A stretch of 64,000 nucleotides of DNA, from NCBI RefSeq assembly GCF_009914755.1, contig NC_060928.1; one strand, written 5' to 3'. Position 1 is the first letter of the stretch; every line of letters starts with the position of its first letter. Shown piece after piece: positions 13,470 through 27,125 of the stretch. The translations under genes and the position numbers were made by a program. This DNA comes from the human T2T-CHM13v2.0 reference genome, Homo sapiens. Under the pieces are notes generated by a model, which did not search any database, was not told the origin of the DNA, and saw nothing but the letters and a program-made list of their open reading frames with translations.

Positions 13470-14077
13470 TATGGCAGGCAATCCCCATCCCCGCCCTCCC
13501 ACCCCCCCGTATCTTTATCCTAATCTCTGGAATTTTTGGATATATGTTACATGGCAAAAGAGTTTTTCAGATGCAATCGAGATTAGGGACCTTAAAACAG
13601 GGAGATTATCCTGGATTATTCAGGTGAGATCAATCTAATCACATGAGCTTTCAAAAACAGAGAATTTTCTCTGGCTGGAAGTAGTAGAGATGAGGCAGAG
13701 AAGGTCAAAGAGATTTGAAGCATGAGAAGGACTCAACCCACTATGCTGACTTTAAAGGTGAAGGAAGCCAAGGCTGTGTGGGTGATCTCTAGATATTGAG
13801 GATAACCCCGAGCTGGCAGACAGCAAGAATATGGTACCCTTTACAATCACAAGGAACTGGATTCTGCCAACAACATAAATAAGCTTGGAAGCATATTTTT
13901 CCTAGAGCATCCTGATAAAAACCTAGCTAACAAACACCTTGATTTTGTTAAATCAGAACAGAGAAATGAGAGAAGCCAACCCAGATTTCTGACCTACAGA
14001 ACTGTGAGATAATATCTTTATGTTGTTTTAAGCTCCTAAATTAATAATTGTTACAGCAGCAACAGAAAACAAATACA
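13470..14077 (+). mobile_element. MLT1E-like solo LTR
   Basis: gttacatggcaaaag...gggagattatcctggattat...aacagaaaacaaataca. TSD ccagg (13465-13469) / ctagg (14078-14082). Confidence 0.88.
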
Positions 14078-14309
14078 CTAGGTATCAGCTTGGGTTTCTC
14101 TGTCTTTAATGTCAAGATAAGATTGGCTTCAATGTTCCTTCTGGTGTCTTCATCAATATTTCTTCAAGGCCTCAGGTCATGTAGGATAATGTATACTCTC
14201 AGGTCTTCTCTGGCTCTGAGCTCCTGTTTCTACTTGATAGTCTTGTAGAATATTTGTACAATTGAGTTGGCTTGCTCTTGCCTCTCTGCCATTGCCAAGA
14301 CAAGAATCC

Positions 14310-14441
14310 ATGGCAAGCCTAGTCAAGATCAGAACTCCCTAATGTCCCCAGATGTGTGAGCAAGAAATGCTCATTGTTTGTTACCAAGGCTTTGTGATTA
14401 TTTGTTATGTATCGTTATGGTGGCAATGGATAACTCACACT
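14310..14441 (+). mobile_element. Old MLT1 (H-K group) LTR 3' fragment
   Basis: ccagatgtgtgagcaagaaatgctcattgtttg...tttgttatgtatcgttatggtggcaat. Confidence 0.55.
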
Positions 14442-14899
14442 GACTTGAAGGGAACAATTGCTCCCTTGACAGTATTGGCCTTTTACTCTTTGTCCTCTTT
14501 CTCATGCCATAGCCACCCTTTTTCTAGCCCCATTTTTGTATGTTTTTTCTCTCTCTGTTTTTCCATCTCCCTCTTGTTCCTATTAATATTAACTTCTTAG
14601 TTTTAATAATAATGGCTTCTTTCAGCAGCCTTTTTGAAAACTCTATGAAAGGGAAACTCTTTAGGTTTCATGTAGTAGTCATCTGGGGAACTGAACAAGA
14701 AGACTCCTCCATAAAGAGTGAATCATAGCAGGAAGTTATTTCTGAGGATGTCCTGAATGATGCCACCAGGAGCCTGGGTGACCAGTGAATGCTCAGGTTG
14801 CCAGAGTGATTTTCAAACAGGGAGGAGTAAGGGATCTGGTCATGGTTTCCTAGATTAGATAACATTATTCAACTTCAAAGGGCCTCACACCAGTCCCAA

Positions 14900-15060
14900 A
14901 CTACCTTGTATTGTTATTATTAATAATATGTATGTCACATAGCCTCAACAAGATTGTAAAACCCTTGATGTAGGCTTTGTTTTCGGTCTCTTTTTGTAAT
15001 CAGAGTATGTTGCCCAACGTGACCTGCATATATTAGGCCCTTAATCAGTGGGTATTAATA
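14900..15060 (+). mobile_element. L2 3' end fragment
   Basis: agattgtaaaacccttgatgtagg...cctgcatatattaggcccttaat. Confidence 0.55.
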
Positions 15061-15440
15061 ATGATGACAAAGAAAAATAAAAAGCTGAAGGAAGAAGAGA
15101 GATTGTGTGAAAAAATCTCAAATTCGTTTTCAGCTTCTCTTAATTTTTTTATTTTAACCTGGGGAGATACACTCTAGATTTAAAAAGGAATAAATGTAAG
15201 TACAATTTCTTTAAATAGTTGTTCTTAGAAAAGAGAAATAAATGTGGAATGTACAAATCAAAATGAATAGTGGATTGCAAACTGGAGACTTTGAAACTAC
15301 TAAAGTCAAAAAGTATGAATCCAACAACCACCTACTGATTATTAGGTTAATAATGATTATAATTCATTGAGATAAGCAGTAGTTCCATATGCCTAAGACA
15401 GAAAGCTTGCTAGAAAGCAGCTGTTGACGTGAAAATCAGC

Positions 15441-15777
<337 letters not shown>

Positions 15778-16308
15778 TCATAATTCCTTGGCAGAATCCT
15801 ACTAGCAATTATAACACAAAGCAGAATATGTTGCAACAACACGTGTGAAAATATCAAGAATCTGAAGTTCATTTTATTTAGAGGACTCATCCTTTGCCTT
15901 GTACTTGGAGTTTCTACTGATTCCTGTATTCATTTAGAATTTGCACCATTTCTCTCGACTGGTAATAAAGTTTCGCTATGGGTTCAAAGAATTTTACTTT
16001 TAAAAATAACTTTTATCTTTTTCTTAATACAAAAGTAATGTATACTTAGAATAGCCTACATGGCCTGTTTTAAATTTCTAAACCTACACACAAAAGTTTG
16101 TCATTTGACATTTTAGGTGATTAGCATAACAGCTGGCCTTAATATAATGGGCTTTGAAATGAAAAAAAAAAAAAAATTTAGTTGAGGGTCCAAATAGCTA
16201 ACAAGGAGTATATTTCAACCTGAAGATAAAGAAAAGAGATGTACTATTGCCTTTAAACTCTCAGTCTTGTAAACTCCTTGCTCTCACACTGGTTCTTGTG
16301 ATACCAAG

Positions 16309-16810
16309 TATGGTAGATTAAACATGGCTCTGTAGATTTGTTGCTACTCTTCCCATTTAGTGATGGAGTTTAATTCCTCTCGACTGAAATCTGGGCAGGC
16401 TTCAGTGGCATGGTTAACCAATAGAACATGGTGGGAGAGACTTTCTGGGACTTTTGAGGGCAGGTCCTAAGAAACCTTGCAACTTTTACCTGGGGCTAAA
16501 AGAATACTCTTTGGTCTCTAACACATAAGAACACATAAGACTAATTTGAGCCTGCAATGCCTGGGGAGTGTTCAAGTTGTAAGTCACATCTTCAAGCCAC
16601 AACTTCCAGGATGTTGGACATGTGAGTGAAACTGTCAGACTCTCCAAAGCAGACCACTCACTAGCTGACTACCTCTGAGCAGCATCAGTCAATGATATGA
16701 GAAACAGAACAGTTACCCTGCTGAGGTTTGCCTGAATTTTTGGTCCATAAAACTGAGCTATCCTAACTTTATTTGGTGTTTTCTTAAGTCACTAAGTTTT
16801 GGGGATATGT
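16309..16810 (+). mobile_element. MLT1G/H-like LTR
   Basis: ctcttcccatttagtgatggagt...aaccaatagaacatggtggga...aagtcactaagttttgggg. Confidence 0.75.
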
Positions 16811-17270
16811 TCTAGTTGTCTATTTCTAAATAGCAAATCACTCCAATACTTAATGACTTAAAACAATTACAACCATGATCTTTCAGTGTTTGTGTGGGCC
16901 AGGAAGTTAGATGGAGCACAGCAGGGCTGGTTATCTGCTCCAAAATATTCTCGGGCCTGAGCTGGATATATTTGAAAGCCAGGGTGATTTGGTGACTGAA
17001 GTCTTGTATCATACAGAGACGTGTTCCTTCCATGTCTGGTGGTTGATGCTGGCTGTTGGCTAGGCTCTCAGCTGGACTATTAGCTTGGACACTACCTGTG
17101 GCTTTTCCATGCATCATTTCCACATGTATCAGTCAGGGCTTTCTCAGAGCACGGTGCCAAATTCCAAGAAGGCTCTCCTGCCTGTTATGACCTAGTGTTG
17201 GAAGTTGCATATGTCCTTTCTGATGTAGTCGCAAGCCTACCTAGATTAAGGAGAGGAAAGGGGGGTTAAA
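16811..17270 (-). mobile_element. MLT1H-like LTR, tail-to-tail with the previous one
   Basis: caaatcactccaatacttaatgacttaaaacaa...gtgggccaggaa...ggttgatgctggctgttggct antisense MLT1. Confidence 0.75.
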
Positions 17271-17561
17271 AACCATATCCCTCCTCTGGTTTAAATAAAC
17301 GAAAGTGAGGAATGCTGCGTCTGGTTCAGAAAACCCGCAAAGAAGAGAAGAGAGAAAATTCCTGAACTGGAAACTCAATCTTTATATAGGAACATAAGTT
17401 AAGAAAAGTTAGGAAGGGATGTTCAAGCTTTAGATCAGATTCCTTTAAGAACATTGCATGAACATTGTAGAACACAAAGGGGAACAAAAAGTATTCATAA
17501 TCACACAACACAGAAATAAACCTTATTTGTATACACAAATACTTATATTTTATATTAAATT

Positions 17562-17869
17562 AAATTTATTTATTTATTTATTTCGATATAGGGTCTTGCT
17601 CTGTTCCACAGGCTGGAGTGCAATGGCACAATCGCTACTCACTGCAGCCTCGACCTCAAGGTTCAATCGATTCTCCCACTTCAGCCTCCCAAGTAGCTGG
17701 GACCACGTACGGGCACACACCACCGCGCCAGGCTAATTTTTGTATTTTTTGTAGAGATGGGGTTTTGCCATGCTTTCCAGGCTGGTCTTGAACTCCTGGA
17801 GTCAAGTAATCCACACGCCTTGGCCTACCAAAGTGTTGGGATTATAGGGGTGAGTCATGGCACCTGGCC
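17562..17869 (-). mobile_element. AluJ
   Basis: (TTTA)n tail, cactgcagcctcgacctc, ends cctggcc. Diverged. Confidence 0.92.
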
Positions 17870-18319
17870 ATTTTTATATTTTAAAAAATTATTTTTACTT
17901 ATAAACTACTTACAATAAATAAAATTTTATTTAAAAATATTTTACATATTGAAGCCTGATTTTTTCACTTAATAATTATAAGTATATTATCTTCTAATTT
18001 TAATCTCATTGAATAGTCTAAAATAATTAGAATAATAGACTCTGAACACTGAAAGTACTCATTCTTTACTTTATACTGAGATTAATATCTGGGACCAATA
18101 TCTAAAATCCAGATTCTTTTTGGTGAGCATTACAAATAAACATACTCTGACAAATATATACTTCCCTTTCATATTTTCAAAACAGTCTTGGTACCGGGGA
18201 GTAGGAATGTAATCATGTATCATCTGTGGAAAGCTCGCCTTCACCTGAGAATGAGAAGGACTCACCTCTAAAAGTTTCATAGGAACACACTGGTTTAGAA
18301 TGTGCTGGAAGAAACTGTC

Positions 18320-18500
18320 TTTTATTAAGCATCTACTATATACCAGAGTCTATATTAGGTACTTTCTTTGCAACAACACTGTGAATTTGGTTTTACTAAT
18401 CGCCATTTTACAAAAAACTGAGAATCAGAAATATTAATGTCACTTAACTAGAAAGGGAAGAAGCCAGAATTTGAACTCAGATTCTTCTGACATCCAAGTT
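18320..18500 (-). mobile_element. MIR
   Basis: ttattaagcatctactat...ccattttacaaaaaactgagaatcaga...gaatttgaactcag. Confidence 0.75.
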
Positions 18501-18914
18501 ATACTTTTCAAAAATATTACCATTCTTTTCCTTTAGTCACAAAAGGGTCAAATTGTTCTTCTCAAAATTCTACAATAAGACTAAGAAAATGCATACACAT
18601 TAAGTATGAAAAATGTTGATTTATAAGTCTTTCAATAAATAGGAGAGATATTATTAACAATAATAAATATACCTTTCAACACATTATATTTATCATTGGT
18701 AACAAAAAAATGGAATGATTGATGGTGGTAACCAGCCCAATCAAACATTATATTTAGACATTCAGTACTCATTGCTACCTTTTATTGTATGATACCATTA
18801 CATTTCTGTTATAACATTCAGCTCAAAATACCCATTTTGAACTCAAGATATCATTGGACTTTTTCATATCATTGGCCTTTTTCATTTTAGGTAGTAATAA
18901 AGAAACTATATTAT

Positions 18915-19270
18915 GGTTATTAAGTGTACACCAGAATGCATGGTAATGGGCAATAGGAAATAATAAAATACATTTTCTGACACCAAAAAGTTTGCAATCT
19001 ATTTAGGGAGAAGAGAGTAGTCCTAATGAAAAAGCAATGACTGATAAAAGACAGAATATATTTTAGTATTAGATTATATGATATCACCTTTAAGTTTTGT
19101 AGGTCAGAGACCATAAAGATTTGAATTGAATTAGAAGCTGGGGATTTAAATAACATAAAGAATGGTGAGTCCTTCAGGCACAAAGCACAGTATATGTAAA
19201 GTTCACATGGTGAGAGGGAAGCAGGCATGTTTCCAACAGGAAGATACTGATCTTAAAGAATAAGGCCCTC
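18915..19270 (-). mobile_element. L2 fragment
   Basis: Antisense L2 3'-like text, very diverged. Confidence 0.5.
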
Positions 19271-19326
19271 TGTTGAAAAATAATGGGAAATGAGAGGCGT
19301 TGGTAGAATAAAATTAGAGGATGAAC

Positions 19327-19862
19327 TAATCCCATTACTGGGTGTATACTCAAAGGAAAGTAAATCATTTTACCAAAAAGACACACGCACACATATGCAC
19401 ATGGCAGCACTATTCACAATAGCTGAAACATGGATTCAACCTAGGTGCCTATCAATGGTGGGTTGGATAAAGAAAATGTGGTACATACACACTATGGAAT
19501 ACTACACAGCCATAAAAGAAGAATGAAATCATGTCCTTTGCAACAACATGGACTCAGCTGGAGACCGTTATCCTAAGAGACCTAACTCAGAAAAAAACCA
19601 AATAGCACATGTTCTCACTTATAAGTGGGAGGTAAACCTTGGGTTCAGACAGACATAAGGAAGGGAACATAGTCACTGGGGACTCCAAAAGAATGGTTGG
19701 AGGGAGTAGGGCAAGGGCTGCAAAACTCCCTATTGGGTACTATGTTCAGTCCCTGGGTGACAGAATCAATAGAAGCTCAAACTTCAACCCCATGCAATAT
19801 AACCATGGAAAAATCCTGCACATGTACCCCCTGAATCTAAAATGAAAATGAAAATTAAAAAA
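19327..19862 (+). mobile_element. L1PB-like 3' end, 5'-truncated
   Basis: ORF2 end (AALFTIAETW...IKKMWYIHTMEYYTAIK) plus 3'UTR. TSD agaataaaattagaggatgaac (19305-19326) / agaataaaattaaaatgaac (19863-19882). Confidence 0.93.
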
Positions 19863-20422
19863 AGAATAAAATTAAAATGAACACAGAAAAAGGTTTTAGA
19901 AAAGTCACACCAAATAATTTTTTCCATATTGCAAAAAGTTGACTTTTCCTTTACTTTTGCCTAGAATTATCATTTTTTAATATTATTTCTGCACAACCTC
20001 TATCAGTCCATAAATTTTCTTAATTCTGAAGTTTATAAAATATACTGTAAAGATGTATAAAAGGCTACTTCTATGCAGTATTCCTCCCACTGATGCTAAA
20101 ATGAGAGATTAGATTTTGAATTTATTTCCAAAATAAAATAAGGTTAATTTCCATAAAGAAAGCCCATGATTAAATATGGAATCATTCCAATATGGGCCAC
20201 AAACATTGCTGAGAGAATATGTTATGGTTCTGAATAATTCTGGTATAGATCACAGATAAATGATAGAAAAGTTTCTAACTTAGTTACCAAAATGAATTAA
20301 AGCCTCTTGAAAATAAACATCTTCCATAGTTTCTTATTTAAAAACTATTCTGAATCTGGAGTTGTTAAGTAAGGTAACCCCAAGTTTCAACTTTGTACAA
20401 TATTAGTAAGTTCTTTGCTATG

Positions 20423-22652
20423 TGAATTAGTCCATTTTCACGCTGCTGATAAAAACATACCCAAAATTGCACAGTTTATAAGAAAAAGAGGTTTAATGGA
20501 CTTACAGTTCCACAGAGCTGGAGAGGCCTTACGATCATGGTGGAAGGTGAAAGGCCCGTCTTACATGGCAGCAGACAAGAGAGAGCCAGGTGAAAGGGGT
20601 TTCGCCTTATAAAACCATCAGATCTCATGAGACTTATTCACTAACATGAGAACAGTATGGGGGAAACCACCCCCATGATTCACTTATCTCCCACCAGTTC
20701 CCTTCCACAACATGAGGGAATTATGAGAGCTACAATCCAAGATGAAATTTGGGTGGGAACACAGTCAAACCATATCATTCTGCCCCTGACCCCTCCCAAA
20801 TCTCATGTCCTCACATTTCAAAACCAATCATGCCTTCCCAACAATGCCTGGAAGTCTTAACGCATTTTAGCATTAACTCAAAAGTCCACAGTCCAAAGTC
20901 TCATCTGAGACAAGGCAAGTCCCTTATGTCTATGAGCCTGTAAAATCAAAAGCAAGTTAGTTACTTCTTAGATACAATGGGGGTATAGACATTGGGTAAA
21001 TACAGCAGTTCCGAATGGGAGAAATTGGCCAAAACAAAGGAGCTACAAGCCCCACGTAACTCTGAAATCCAGTGGGGCAGTCAAATTTTAAAGTTCCAAA
21101 ATATCTCCTTTGACTCCATGTCTTGCCTCCAGATCATGCTGATGCAAGAGGTGGGTTCCTATGGTCATGGGCAGCTCCACCCCTGTGGTTTTGCAGGGTA
21201 TAGCCTCCCTCCCAGCTGCTTTCACGGGCTGGCATTGAGTGTCTGTGACTTTTCCAGGCTCACAGTGCAAACTGCCGGTGGATTTACCATTCTGGGGTCT
21301 GGAGGACAGTAGCCTTCTTCTCACAGCTCCACTAGGCAATACCCAACTGGGGACTCTGTGGGAGTTTCAACCCACATTTCCCTTCCACACTGCCCTAGCA
21401 GAGGTTCTCCATGAGTGCCTTGCCCCTGCAGCAAACTTCTGCCTGGACATCCATGTGTTTCCATACATCTTCTGAAATCTAGGTGGAGGTTCCCAAACCC
21501 CAATTCTTGACTTCTGTGCACTCTCAGGCTCAACATTATATGGAAGTTGCCAAGGCTTGGGGCTTGCACCCTCTGAAGCCATGATCCAAGCTCTACATTG
21601 GCCCCTTTCAGCCACAGCTGGAGTGGCTGGGATGCAGGGCACCCTGGGCCTGGCCCATGAAATAATTTTTTTCTCCTAAGCCTCCAGGCCTGTGATGGGA
21701 GGGGCTGCTGCAAAGATCTCTGACATGCCCTAGAGACATTTTCCCCTCGTTACTTATGCAAATTTCTGCAGGTGGCTTGAATTTCTCCTCAGAAAATGGG
21801 ATTTTCTTTTCTATTGCATTGTTAGGCTGCAAATTTTCCAAACTTTTATTTTCTGTTTTCCTTTTAAAGCTGAATGCTTTTAACAGCACCCAAGTCACTT
21901 CTTGAATGCTTTGCTGCTTAGAAATTTATTCTGCCAGATACCCTAAATCATCTCTCTCAAGTTCAAAGTTCCACAAATCTCTAGGCCAGGGGCAAAATGC
22001 CACCAGTCTTTTTGCTAAAACATAGCAAGGGTCACCTTTGCTCCATTTCCCAACAAGTTTCTCATCTCCATCTGAAACCACCTCAGCCTGGATTTCATTG
22101 TTCATATCATTATCAGCATTTTGGTCAAAGCCATTCAACAAGTCCCTAGGAAGTTCCAAAGTTTCCCATGTTTTCCCATCTTCTGAGCTCTCTAAATTGT
22201 TCCAACCTTTGCCTGTTACCCAGTTCCAAAGTCACTTTCAAATTTTGGGGTGTCTTTTCAGCAGTGTCCCACTCTACTGATACCAATTTACTGTATTAGT
22301 CTGTTTTCAGGCTGCTGATAAAGATATACTTAAAACTGGGTAATTTATAAGAAAAAGAGGTTTAATGGACTCACAGTTCCACGTGGCTGGGGAGGCCTCA
22401 CAGTCATCATGGAAGGTGAAGGGCATGTCTTACACAGCAGCAGAGAAGAGAGAATGAGAGAGCCAGGCAAAAGCGGTTTCCCCTCATAAAGCCATCAGAT
22501 CATGAGACTTATTCATTACCATAAGAACAGTATGGGGAAAACCACCATCGTGATTCAATTATCTCCTACTGGGTCCCTCCCACAACATGTGGGAATTATG
22601 GGAGCTACAATTCAAGATGAGATTTGGGTGGGGATACAGCAAAACCATATCA
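20423..22652 (-). mobile_element. Two-LTR THE1 provirus (THE1B/C-like): 3'LTR 20423-20777, internal 20778-22291, 5'LTR 22292-22652
   Basis: Two similar LTRs around THE1-int. Polypurine tract abuts the left LTR. TSD ctatg (20418-20422) / ctagg (22653-22657). Minus-strand ORF pieces (e.g. 21926..22159 LPRDLLNGFDQNAD...) are the broken MaLR internal ORF. Confidence 0.97.
22551..22561 (-). promoter_or_regulatory. DUX4-type motif TAATTGAATCA in the THE1 5'LTR
   Basis: tgattcaatta on + strand matches TAAYBBAATCA. Motif match only. Confidence 0.6.
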
Positions 22653-22681
22653 CTAGGAAAGATGAGAAAATGAACACACAG

Positions 22682-22840
22682 TGTAGACAGCTGCCAGGAT
22701 GGCCTCCGGTGATTCTCACCTTGCATTCTTATATTTCTTCTCTTACTGAATAGGGCTGGCTTATGTGAGATAAAAACTGTTTGTTGCTTTATGCCACTAA
22801 GTTTTGCAATATTTTTTTACACAGCATTAATCAATGCACA
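22682..22840 (+). mobile_element. Internally deleted MLT1F/G-like LTR remnant
   Basis: LTR start (tgtagacagctgccaggatggcctcc) joined after ~85 bp to LTR end (tgtgagataaaaactgtttgttgctttatgccactaagtttt). Confidence 0.6.
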
Positions 22841-23374
22841 CACCTACCTACACTAACCCTCATCTTCTCTCTCATCTGCTCCTAAATATTTATTACTAAT
22901 TTTAATATCAATATTTCAACATCACTGGGACTTATAAGCTTATATTTCATTTTGTGGACATATTTAATTTTTGGCCTTAGTTCTATATTTCAAGAGAAAT
23001 ATGAAAATTTCAGAGATCAGGAGTCCTGTTTACTATGAACTTTTTTCTTCTGAGTACTTAAGTTTTTACATGTATTTAGCTGGCTGGATTTCATCAAGTA
23101 GTTTTTTTTTTTTTAATTGGTTCATTTATATTCTATTCCCAGCTGTACCACAGCTTGAGGCCAGTGTAATATTTTCTAACTTGCTTATGACTTGCTTTTT
23201 TAGTTTGAGTATCCATAATTTTTATGCATGAAATTTAGTACCTTCTCAAGACATAAATCAGTCAGTACATATTCACCAAATTTTCCTTGAACAAGACATC
23301 TCCATATTTGCCTCTATATGATTAAATATTTTTCTGTTTCATAATTTCAGTTTCTTTTTCAAGAGTTCACAATA

Positions 23375-23600
23375 CCGGTTAAGTATATGTGCAAGGCTAG
23401 GCAAAAGCATGGCCTCTTGAACCCAAACTGCTGGGTTCAAATTATAGATTGACTGTTGATTATCTTTTACAAGTATATAACCATTTGTGTGTGTGTATCA
23501 GTTTTCTATCTAAACATGAAGTAAGATTACCTACCTTTCGAAGATTTTGTAAATATTAAGTAATTAGTACATGTTAGGCATTTATAAGAGAGGTAAGCAC
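23375..23600 (+). mobile_element. MIR
   Basis: ctgggttcaaat...tcagttttctatctaaa...tttgtaaatattaagtaa. Confidence 0.65.
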
Positions 23601-25220
23601 TGGTTTTCTTGTGTTTATTTTGTTTGATGTGCATTTAGCACCTTGTATCTGTAAATTTCTTTTGTTTCATCAAATTTGGGACATTTTTAGCATTTATTTA
23701 TAAAAATATTTTTTCTGTTTCATTCTCTACTTTCCTTTTGGGATTCCTATATGTTATAATTATATATCTGTTATACCATTTGATATTTAACTGGTCCTGA
23801 GTCTCTGTTCTGTTTTCACCACATCTTTTCCCTCTAATGTATAATGGATAATCCTTATTAACTGATATTAAGTTTACTTATTCTTTCCTCTGTTATCTCT
23901 TTCTTCTGGATTTGTGTCATTAAGTCTACCCTCTGAAACTTTTAGTTCCAATATTGTATATTTCAGTTATAAAATTGCCATTTTGTTCATTTTACTTTCT
24001 GTGTCTGCTAAGATTTTATATCTCTTTACTCATCACGGGCATATTTTGTTTTACTTTCTTTAGAATAATTATAGGAGCTGTTTTTAAAATCATTGCCTGC
24101 TAGTTCCAAGATCTCTTTCATCTTGGGACTGATCTTGTTTGATTTTGTTTTTGATTGAAATGTCTTCCATTTTTTTATATGTCAAGAAATTTTGAATTAT
24201 ATTCTGAACACTCTAACTATTAAGTTGTGGGGATTTTGCTATTTTTCTCCAATAATCATTGTTTCTTTTGTTTTATTGGGCTAGTATCTTGGCTGGGATT
24301 GAAATGTGAAGTCTGTTTCTTGAGTGGAAACTCTAGCATCAGTTATATTTCTTGATTTTTGCTGATCTGCTTTGAATCTATGCCACACATACATTGTCCA
24401 GGGGTGCTATGGTCTGAATGTGTCCTCCAAAATTCATGTATCTAAAACTTAATTCCTAGTGCAATAGTGTTGGGAGATAGGGCCTAATGGGACCTAATGG
24501 GAAATGTTTAGGTCATGAGGGTTCTGCCCTCATGAATAGATTATGTCACTATAAAAAGGGCTTGAGGGAGTAGGCTTTCTCTTCTGCACTTCTGCCATGG
24601 AAGAATATGGCATTCCTCCTGTGTGGAGGATGCAGTGCTCATGGTGCCATCTTGGAAGCAGAGAGACCAGACGCAAAGTTGTCAGGACCTTTATATTTGA
24701 ACTTCCCAGCATCCAGAACTATTAGAAATACATATTTGTTCTTTATAAATTATACAGTCTATGGCAACTTGTTATAGCAGTACAGAATTGACTAAGATAA
24801 GGGGCCAATGAAAGATGTGGGTAGATGGCATTTGAGGATCCTCTCTTCAATGGGCTTGTTTCTTTCAAATATTTCCATATTTTTACTTTTTACAGCATCC
24901 ATGTTTTATCTGACTTCAGTTTTCTTCTCCCCTGAGCCAGAAAGACTATGATATTTTCACTGACACCTGCCTTGAGTGTGACATGCTAACAGCACTTAGC
25001 CTCAGGCTAAAAGCCATGAAAACAGAAATATTCTTTGTACAACTCCTCGTCTGTCCTCTTTGACGTATTCACATAGCACAAGAGGCTGCCTACTATTAAT
25101 TCTCTAGTGTCTTCAGGAAATTGCCTTTTGCAGTATGTCTGGTTTTTACAGTTATTTTCCATGAGGAGAGCTGTCTGATAGGGTACTACACTGTCAGTAC
25201 AACAATCAGAAACCCCTCCC
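23601..25220 (-). mobile_element. Old L1M ORF1/5' region, interrupted by an MST LTR
   Basis: tttcatcaaatttgggacatttttagc...ttttgggattcctat antisense ORF1-like, T-rich. Confidence 0.7.
24405..24799 (+). mobile_element. MST (MSTC/MSTD-like) solo LTR
   Basis: tgctatggtctgaatgtgtcctccaaaattcatg...gactaagata. Perfect TSD agggg (24400-24404 / 24800-24804). Confidence 0.92.
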
Positions 25221-25272
25221 TTATTTAAAAAAATCTGTTGGGGGGTTTTGAGTCAAGGTAATAATAGATAGG

Positions 25273-26431
<1,159 letters not shown>

Positions 26432-26659
26432 ATATTTTTTTACTCTACCATATTTAACTAGAAGTTCTTCCAATTTAATTTATTTTAATAAAGGACAAAA
26501 ACACACCTACTTTACTGTTCTTGCTCTCCCTTTGTAAATCTCCTTATAGTAAACCCAAGACAAGGTTGTTTTTGCTGAATCTTTATTTGAAAGCAGAGTC
26601 TTTCCACCATGATGTGTTATAAGAGCACATCTCCAAGAACCAGTGGGGAGTATATTATT

Positions 26660-26840
26660 AGGCAGAACTGGACCACTTGTCAACTGGGTGACATTGGGCA
26701 AGTTATTTAATTAGGGTATACCTCAGTTTGTATAAGAATTTGGGACAATAATATTTACTCCAAAGAATGGTGTTGAGAATTAAATGAGATGATGAATGCA
26801 AGACTTCCAAAAAAAGTGTAGGTAATCAGAAAGTGCTGAC
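26660..26840 (+). mobile_element. MIR
   Basis: ctgggtgacattgggcaagttatttaa...gttgagaattaaatgagat. Confidence 0.8.
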
Positions 26841-26919
26841 TTGTTAAACTTTTTTCAAATTATGTTCATTCCTAAATTCTTTCTGGACTCTTTTAGTTAC
26901 TTATAATCTATTCCTGCTT

Positions 26920-27125
26920 TTTTTGTGTAATATATCCCATTTTATTTATAACTTTCTATGGTTCTGGTCTTATTACCTGGTATTATAGTTATCTGAAATT
27001 TTAGTTTATCTTCCTCATTATGTTTTAAGCTCCTTGAGGACAGCGACAGATTTCACTTATTTGTGTGTGGCCTTAGTGGCTTGCATAGACTAGAAATACT
27101 CAACAAGTATTTGTAGAATTGAGTT
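26920..27125 (+). mobile_element. L2 3' end
   Basis: taagctccttgaggacag...actcaacaagtatttgtagaat. Confidence 0.7.

Noticed and set aside
20992-22280. Cluster of overlapping ORFs on both strands
   Set aside because: THE1 internal sequence. The MaLR ORF is broken by stops and deletions.
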